64,000 nucleotides of DNA from assembly GCA_012295275.1 (NCBI GenBank), contig CM022672.1, positions 35,216,001-35,280,000 of the forward strand, in the 5' to 3' direction. This document shows, piece after piece, positions 54,955 through 64,000 of the stretch (position 1 is the first letter of the stretch; each line of letters opens with the position of its first letter). The position numbers were made by a program, and so were the translations under genes. The stretch comes from Chrysomallon squamiferum. Taxonomy: Eukaryota; Animalia; Mollusca. The notes under the pieces were generated by a model. That model had not been told where the DNA came from. It searched no databases and was given only the letters and a program-made list of their open reading frames with translations.

Positions 54955-55749
54955 AACAGTAAAAATAACATTAGCAATATTTGTACAGACAGTAGTTGTA
55001 TTAGGGGCTGTAATAGTAGTGGTGGTTGTAGCAGTAGTTGGGGTGGTGGTGGGTATTGGAAATAACAGTCGTTGTGGTAGTCATACTGTTATTGGGGTTA
55101 ATCGTTATCGTCGTGTAGTAATAGTGGTGGTTGTTATTTTACTAATAATGCTTCATATATTTATATATATATATATGAAGCATTATTAGTAAAATAACAT
55201 ATATATATACATATATTAAGACACATACATACTCGCATATATATATAGAGAGAGAGAGAGAGGTGTATGTATATCTATATTTATCTACATACATACAATG
55301 ATGTACACACACATTTTACTTCGCTCACACACAAAAACGCGCGCGCGCGTACTAATATACTCGCTCGCACTCATTGACCTTTAAGAACTAATCAAGTGAA
55401 GATATCAAATGTATTACGTATGTTGACAGTGTTACATTTTCTCAAAGTATCAAAGCGTTTCACTGTGCGTTAAAGACGCAAGAAACAAAGTTATATTTTG
55501 TGAGCGTCAAACCAGTCTTAGCACACTGTGTAAATTCATTCACCAAAGTGAATGGTGTGTTTTTTGTTTTAACATTTAGTATTATGTGTTACAAAGAATT
55601 AACAGCTTCCTGTCTGTCTCTGCCGAGTTGAAATCAAGGTCATACATTTTTTTTTACGTGTTTTTAAATAAGAAAAAAGTATGTATAAATGACAAATACT
55701 GTAAAAAAAAAAATAATAATAATAAAAGAGGATGTAAAGAAATAAATTG

Positions 55750-56240
55750 GTTTTGCAAAGTGTAATTTTCTTGGAGATCAGACAAATTATTTTAACGCAT
55801 TTGACTGGAATTATAGTCTTTATCGACGCTTTCTGCTTCAGTATGGTACACATCGTAGTAAAGTACTACGCTCGTACTGCCTAGCCATGTCGACTACACG
55901 TACACCTCGCTTATGTTTTTCTATGATTTCATGCTTTAATTCAATGGACATCCATCCGCTTCTTCTTCTCAGCACTCATTTGCACTCACTTTCTTAGGAT
56001 CCATTTTTTGGGGGGGGAGCAAAATATTGCACAAAACCCGAACACAACACAACAGAGATGCATCCGCAGCGAGGTAGCCACGTGACGTAAACGAGTGACA
56101 CGCGGGATGCTAGGCGGATGTTGTGTTGTTCGTTGCGCCGATTAGCGGTGGCGTATTTGAATCTAGCTCGCAACTCAAATCAGTTGCTCGTTACTCGAAA
56201 CACACGTAACTTGGGGCATTCGTAAGTCAAGGTGGCAGTG
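55750..56240 (-). mobile_element. Tigger/pogo transposon 5' fragment with frameshifted transposase N-terminus
   Basis: From the ATG at 56004: MDPKKVSA..SAEKKKRM/MSIELKHEIIEKHKRGVRVVDMARQYERST/MCTILKQKASIK (CENP-B-like HTH). TIR ...CGTAAGTCAAGGTGGCAGTG-TA. Same family as 30872-31336. Confidence 0.85.
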
Positions 56241-56685
56241 TATAGACAATTCTAATGTATTAACAGGTGAGCAAAAAATTAAATTAAGAAAAAGAATGAT
56301 TCAGTGAAATAACAATAATAAAAATTGAAATAAAAAAACAACAAAAAACAAAAGCCTGGAGAAATAAACAACTGCCATAAAAAGAAATAACAATAATATT
56401 AATTAATTAATTCCCAATTTGTTCTTCTTCTCATTTAAAAGAATACTTTCAGAAAAGTGAATTAATACTTATATTTTCTAACATATGGCTTATAATAAAC
56501 TGTTACTTTATTTTCATGTAACAGTCACGAAAGCTTCATGAAACGACTAATTTTATATTTTTCTCTGACGTTAACATAACCAGCTAAATAACTGTTTACA
56601 AAACAATTTAACTGCAATGATACTGAAAGCAGACAATAAATAAATAAATAAATTTCAAATATTATTATTTTTAATAGTAGTAGTT

Positions 56686-56723
<38 letters not shown>

Positions 56724-57529
56724 CCAGTAGATGAATTTATTTTTATATTTAACATAATCTTTGCTGGGAACATTATCATCATCATCATATTATTATTAAA
56801 TCATTTATTACTATTATTAAAAAGCTCTTATATTTCAAAACAAAGAACTGTTTATGATTATTAATAATCTGAAGATAATTAATTATTGTAAAATATTATC
56901 TCTATAGTCTCCGCATTCTTCAAAAATAGAAGAAAAAAGTTAATGTTTGCGAGATCGGACATTTTGTACATTTTTACTTTATAGCAAATAACATATTCAA
57001 GTAACAATTGCCTACAAAGTTTATTTCTGATGCAAGGGGAGTAACTATTGTGAGTTTAGTACTCTGTGTTCTCAGAGTTACTTCGGGTGTTACTGCATAA
57101 TTATCCTCGTTTTCCAGGTAAATCTAATAGGAACTGTCAAATAGGAATTGCAACTAAAACAGAAACAATATTTATTCAAGTGGTTAAATTAGGAATGAAA
57201 TATCAAAATAGAAATGTCTACATCTGTTAAAGTGTGTTCTGTCATGTATTTCGTGGAACAGCACAATGGAGTCATCTTCAGTTTGAGGGCAAAAAGCTCA
57301 AAAAAGCGTTTCTCTTCTGGATGTCTCAGGTTTTTTACGTCTAAAAAAGAAAATATTTGAATTGAGAAGTTTGAAAATAAGTATCATCCTCTTCATGCGG
57401 ATCTGTTATGTAGAATGATGTCAGTTCTCTTCCTCGTGTCACAAATGAACTCGACAAACAAGATGCTGCTGTGTGTCTAGATGAGTGTATGAATGTGTAG
57501 AAACTGATCAAACAATAACAATGATGATG

Positions 57530-57599
<70 letters not shown>

Positions 57600-58008
57600 T
57601 AAAATAAATAAATAAATAGAAATAAAATAATAATGATGATAAAAATTTTAAAAAAATAAATAAAAATAAAAACAAATTAATAATAAAATAAATTTTAATA
57701 ATTTTTCTTTATTTTTTCTCATTCTGCAAGCCGCAGTTCTGCCCCTCTTAAGTGAAAATTGTGAACTGGTCCCGCACTCAAACTAACTTGTACGTGCACA
57801 ATAAAGAAAAGAGAAAACAAGATATCTGACACCCGGATTGAAAACACGTGTTTATTGATATCCAGTGAGGTATCCAGTTTTACATTTAGTCACGTTTTTA
57901 AAGCATCGTGTTTTTTATTTTTCGGGGGGGGGGGCAGCCTAGTGTTGTTTTTTTCGTTGTTTTTTCTTAGCTTAGCAATTTTCTTTCATGCGGATTTCTC
58001 TGATTTTA

Positions 58009-58041
<33 letters not shown>

Positions 58042-58477
58042 TATCTATTTTCTTCATTAGTTTTATTTATCTGCTTCTTTGTTTTGGTGTAAAAAAAAAA
58101 AAAAAATCGTTTCTAAAGAGAGAATTTTATAAAATATGTCAGACAAAAAGAAAAAAAAAAACGAAGAAGAATTGTTTAGTATGCTAAAACAATAATTAGT
58201 TGTTAACAGTAACACAAAAATGAACTGTTGGCATCTTTGTACCACATTATTGATAATCATTAATTACATTATTCAGAGAGACATACAGGTAGGTGAATAT
58301 ACAGGTATCTGTTCAGATAGACATATCAAGAAGCAATGTAAAATAATTTTAAAATTTAAATGAAATTATGACAGAATAATTTTATTGCAGTTTTGTTTAA
58401 TTACAAGTATATGTACAAGTATATTTTAAACATCACAACATTCTTTGAAATAAACTACTTTACAAAATAACATAACA

Positions 58478-58542
<65 letters not shown>

Positions 58543-58787
58543 AAAACTGGGTGAATATTTTAAAAGGAATTCAGATTTTGTTTTAAAGTGAAATTTATTT
58601 TGTAAGTTAGCAAGTTTAAACGAAATATTAATTAAGAATAAATAAATAAATAATAAATTTAGAAATAAAAAAAACACAATAACTAAATTAATTACTTTAC
58701 AATAAACAAATAATCTAATTTTCGTGTAAAAAAAAAAGTAATATCTGTCGACAAAACAGTTACGGTGAAACTACGTTCAGTTAAAGT

Positions 58788-60285
58788 TTACTTTTTACAC
58801 CAAGTAAATATTTTTATTTCACTGGTGTTGTACTCTCCCACATACAGTTTGTTGTCATCACAACAGATAGTCCAAGGACTGGACAGTCCATCCTGGACAG
58901 TGAGGATGTCACGTGTAATGTTACCATCTCGTGTCAATTGAACAACACAATTTCTCAAACAATCACAAACAAAAATATTCCCCTCCCTGTCACATGTAAC
59001 ACCTCTCAAGTGTTTCAATATGTCTGAATCACGTGACTTCCATTTGACGTCACCTGATGAAGTCACACAAAACAATCTGTTTACATTTTTGTCAGTGACA
59101 CAACAATCAGACATCGATCGTGAACTGTGAGATACGACGGCCCGGGGATCAAATCTGCTGAGATAGAATTAATCAGCTGACCACTGTCTGTCACTATGTC
59201 CAAGTACTGGTCACTAAAGTACTGACCAGTGACCGCGAGACGGTTGCCGGGCAACACAGCGATATCCTGATACGGTTTCTTGGTTTTAACTGTTTTGAAC
59301 AGTTTGAAGTTTCTCAAATTTAAAAACAATATTTTATTTTCATGTGGGAGAGTAACAGCTACAACAACATCACCCTGCTGATCACGTGATTCAGCAAGAC
59401 CGCGTGGTGAAGACGAAGTTAGGTATCTGTTTATCAGTAATTTTCTTTCTAAACAAAAACATTTTACACAGCTGTTGTTATAATCACTAACAACAATTTT
59501 ACTCTTGTCATCACGTGACACCAGGATGGAAAACATGTAAGGATCCTTATCACATTCTTGTGTTTTTGTGTTAATGGTGTCTGTGTGTTTGAGTGTGTCT
59601 GTCTGTGTGTCTGTGTTGTTGTGTTTCTGTGTTAATGGTGTCTGTGTGTTTGTGTTGTGTTTCTGTCAATGGTGTCTGTCTGTTTGAGTGTTTCTGTCAC
59701 TCTGTCTATCTGTGTGTTTGTGGAAATGTCTCCAATGTGCACAGAAATTTCCTTCTTTTTATCAGATTTTCTGAGATTTATTTTGAGATCTGCCTTTTCT
59801 ATTTGTGAAAGAGATTTGGACAGAAAGTCAGAAGTTGTGTTTAGAAGTTTGGTGAATTTTGAAATGTTCATTTTTATATTGGTCTCTGAATTACCTTTCA
59901 ACAAATCTTCACCCAGATTTGTAAGTTTTTCATTTTCATCAATAAGATATCTGTGTTCACTAAATAATTTTTCTATTTCTGAATTTACAAAGTTCTGAGC
60001 TTTTTCTATTTCTCTTATTAACCTATCTTCTTCTTTGTGGACTGCAGCTGTTAAATCTGTGATTAGTGTGTTACCAATCCTTCTGACCTCTTCTGCAGTG
60101 TCCACGACGTTGATGTCGACGGCTTGGCGAAGATGTTCAATTTGATCATCCATCTCTGTCTGAAGAATTTCTTTGTAGGATTTGAGACTCTCAGAAACAG
60201 AACTCAGAAGTGAAAAGTGGCCTCCCTTTTTAGCTGAAAAAATAAATAAATAAATAAATAAATGAATAAATAAATAAATTAATGA

Positions 60286-60329
<44 letters not shown>

Positions 60330-60875
60330 GTAGTACTATTAATAAAGATATGGGCACAATGTGAAGAGCTGTAAAATTTATTTTGTCAACTAATTTAAAA
60401 TTTTGAGTATAAAAATGTTATAAATAAAATGTTTCAATTTCATTATGAGCCTGCTGCGATGGTCAATATATGATATAAATAATTTTAGTTAAATAATTAC
60501 TGTATCTTTTTTCAGCATTTGATTGTAATGTATCTAAACTGAACTCAAATGATTCACAAAACTTTGAGTATTCTAGTTTGATAATGGCGTCCTCGAGTGA
60601 CTTGTTAATAGAGAACTGAGCTGCCCATGTTTCCACTGGTTTCGTGCTATCTGGGATGCGGACATTCTGCCTGCAGAACGGGCAGGTGATTTTTTTGTCG
60701 TTGTTGTCGTAGTTGTGACTAATGTAATTTCGTGCAGGCATTTCGTTGAAAATCAGAACAGGCATGACCTCCGAAAGGTTATCATCGAAGTTAGAACTGT
60801 TGCCATGTCTTGTTGAAAATCTCCATACACAATAATAATAATAAAGGTTATCATCGAACCAGAAGAATGTTGCCA
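58788..60875 (-). pseudogene. TRIM-like gene (degenerate RING, remnant B-box, coiled coil, NHL-like beta-propeller), frameshifted as assembled
   Basis: RING remnants LCMEIFNKT...KCL..NYISH...CPFCRQ...VETWAAQFSIN. Coiled-coil exon from the acceptor at 60234. NHL blades IVVSDYNNSCVK, SSPRGLA, YQDIAVLPGNRLAVT, LRGVTCDREGNIFVCD and LSSPWTIC. The three distal ORFs lie in three different frames. Confidence 0.8.
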
Positions 60876-60903
60876 TGGTCTGTGAATATAGAAATAATAA
60901 ATA

Positions 60904-60993
<90 letters not shown>

Positions 60994-62076
60994 GAGATAA
61001 CAAAGAACAGCAGTTAAAACAAATGACTTGAAGGTAAATATTACAGAAATTTGACATTCCATTTACTTCAAAGGACCAGCGGAATAAATAAATAAATAAA
61101 AGACAAAATAAATATTATAAATACACTATGTAAATTATTTATTTTATTTTATTATATTTTATTTGTAAGAAAAAAACCTGTTAAAGTAAATTAAAAACTT
61201 GCTACATTTAGCCTTTGATAAATTAATCGTGGAACTGACTTTGCGAAAGATAAATGCGACAACCCATATCCAGACACTACTTTCCTGTGACCCCTGAGCC
61301 ACACCCTCCACAAAAACCGCAAAATTATGTACAGATATTTTATTAAGAACAGAATCTAAATTACTAAGTTTTATTTTAAAATATCTTACAACAACAACAA
61401 CAACAATACTAATCATAATAATACATTTTCTTACCTTTATATTAAGAAACGAATAAAAGTAATACCTTGAAAAAAAATCTCTATTCGTCTGCTGTTACAG
61501 TCCTGAATGCGGAAAAAACCGGTTTTGACAGACGCCACTCAGTGAAAGGAAGATACCAATTCGAATAAAAAAAGGGGTCGAAGCTTTGACGTTTTTAGTA
61601 CTCTTTTGTTTCTTTTGATAAACAATAATCGTGAAAGTTTTAAATTCTTGTGGAAATGTAAACAGCAGTAACAGCAACAACTACCTTAACATAATTTGTG
61701 CACTTAATTATTTTTTTTTAAATGCTGGTTACAGTCTATAACACATATAGTAATAATAGACATAGCAACTGATTTGTCGAACGAAAGGTGATATCGTGTT
61801 TAAACGTGAATAGTGAACTGGCTTTTTTCGTAAGATAAACAAATAAACTATACAAATGAAAACTGGGTACTAGGGTAATATGTGATTTTAGTTCGTATAC
61901 ACAATGGTAATAAAATAATAATATATATTCATTGTTTAGGTTATATAGCTTTATTTCATTCTATTTAAAATAAATAAATTAATTAATTAATTATATTAAC
62001 GATTAAATTAATGTTGTTATATTTTTATTATATATTTTATTATTTGACTAAACCAAGCAACGTATATTTTGCCATC

Positions 62077-62135
<59 letters not shown>

Positions 62136-62162
62136 CAACATGTCTGTTGAAGACAAGAGCAC

Positions 62163-62216
<54 letters not shown>

Positions 62217-62589
62217 CAAATTAAAAAAATAATAATAATAATAAATTCTGAATAACAAAGAAATATATATATAGAAATATAAGTTAGCAGATGATATATA
62301 TAACATGACACTACGTATTGTATGAAAGCGAAGTAAAGGTCAAAATGACATAATGAAATGTTAGACTTTTGTTCAGCTATAAATGAGAACAGCGCCTCTG
62401 AATAAAACAGGGTTTTTTTCATCTTGTCGTAAAGTGAAGTCCGTTTTACAAGTTTGTTGAGATCAGAGAAAGATGATAATCTTATCTTGTTTAAACTTGT
62501 TTAGTTACATTCGGATTATTGATCCTTTTTATGAGATATGTAAATAATCAACAGAATAAAATGTAGGACACAAAGCTAACGCATGTACG

Positions 62590-62620
<31 letters not shown>

Positions 62621-62869
62621 GGGGTAGCGAATGAAGATGAGAATATTTTCTAAAATTTATCACAACCGTTAATTATAAATAAATAAATTAGTTAATCAGT
62701 CAGTTAATAAGCAAATAAATAAATAAGTAAATATAATAAAATAAAATTAATTAACCGAGCTGTTATTGTTTTTGGAAGTAGAATACGTTTGGTGATGATG
62801 GCAATAATAGAATTACAATTAGTAGTAGTACTAGAATAGTATATATATTAATATTATTATTATTATTAT

Positions 62870-62901
<32 letters not shown>

Positions 62902-62984
62902 ATTGTTGTTGTTGTTATACAGTCTTTTTATCTATTAACAAAAGTTTTTCATTTCGCAAGATAAACTAGAAATATAAATTAGCA

Positions 62985-63265
62985 GACGATGTTTTTACAG
63001 TTCGGGTGAAGCCACTGTGTCTGTGATTAATATCAATCATATTTCCTGAATGTCATTACGTTAGAAAAATCAACAGTTAATGTTAAAATGACACAACAAC
63101 AGCGCCCGCATCTGTGATCTAACTCGCCTGATACTGATAAGAAATAATTCTGTCTCCTGGCAAACCATCAGCTGATCACGTGATTCAGAGACTACGTGAC
63201 TGACACAGATACAGTACTGTAAGATTAGTAAATTCAAACTGATTTATAGTGATGGTAGAATACTA
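62985..63265 (-). pseudogene. Possible relic of a second NHL-propeller paralog
   Basis: GCTGATCACGTGATTCAG shared with 59378-59394; fragments ESRDQL, LPGDRI and SGNMIDI parallel ESRDQQ, LPGNRL and SGQLINSI of the neighbouring gene. Confidence 0.45.
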
Positions 63266-64000
63266 CTGTTATCCACTAAGTAAATAACACATGTCACAGG
63301 AGAAGCAGGATAATTATATTCTATTAGTTTTACGTTATTATATTATATTATATTATATTATATTATATATATATAAAAAAAACAAGCCACCAATGATACA
63401 GGTTTTACTGCGTGATCACAGTACCTAAAGTGAGAAAAGTATAATATTCCGCTGTCAAACGCTTATCAAAGTTATCAAAGCAAGGTCAAAGTTCAAAGAT
63501 TCTCTCCGGTGATATCCGGGTTCACCAAAAGTAATCACCGGGTTGTGCTAATCACCCGCTTTACGTTTGTTCTTCCCCGAGTTTTGCTTTCTGACGTCAT
63601 ATTCTACATTCCTGCAGACGTCCATAAAATCCGTGGAATCAACGAGAGAGAGAGAAGCCAGCCCAGCCTGACAAATCTGAAAAATTCGTTACACAAAACT
63701 CGCCATAGCTAAATTCAAAAACAACCTTTAAGAGTTCGTCATCGTTCATAAGAGCTTAAAGAAACTGTTGTTTCTTTGTTTATTGTGTAATGTTGAAACA
63801 TACATATGAACGTGTGTGTGTGTGTGTGTGTGTGGTTAGATATACCTGACTGTTTACCTGTAAGTGTTTCATAATGTCGTGTCAATTCAGGTATGGTGAA
63901 TATTAACAAAAAATATATATATATCAGTTTACAAGAATAATATTAAAACCAAATTGTTACCAGTTTGTTTGTTTGTTAATCTGGTCAAGGGTCAGAACAT

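Overview
AT-rich, intron-rich animal genomic DNA full of (TAA)n, (AG)n and (TA)n microsatellites and minisatellites. The gene content suggests a mollusc or other lophotrochozoan (inference). Main content: (1) a decayed Gypsy pol fragment with integrase before RNase H (Gmr1-like order) at 1-980. (2) A 16-exon minus-strand receptor gene (3175-17912): signal peptide, F-type-lectin-like domain, 11 EGF-like exons, TM helix and a cytoplasmic tail whose ITAM-like YxxL-x10-YxxI lies behind an in-frame TGA. (3) A minus-strand A1CF/RBM46/RBM47/DND1-family RNA-binding gene (about 25651-34526) with intact RRM1, RRM2 and dsRBD but an RRM3 cut by a stop and a satellite. (4) An intronless HDGF/LEDGF-type PWWP pseudogene (about 40543-41300). 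(5) A frameshifted TRIM-like RING/coiled-coil/NHL gene (58788-60875) and a possible relic paralog. (6) Tigger/pogo and Tc1-type MITEs. The most unusual pattern is that several minisatellites are amplified exon-intron junctions: 9 tandem acceptors in the receptor gene, and about 17 mostly out-of-frame donors plus 14 in-frame donors in the RNA-binding gene. All exon coordinates were read by eye and no transcript data were available.
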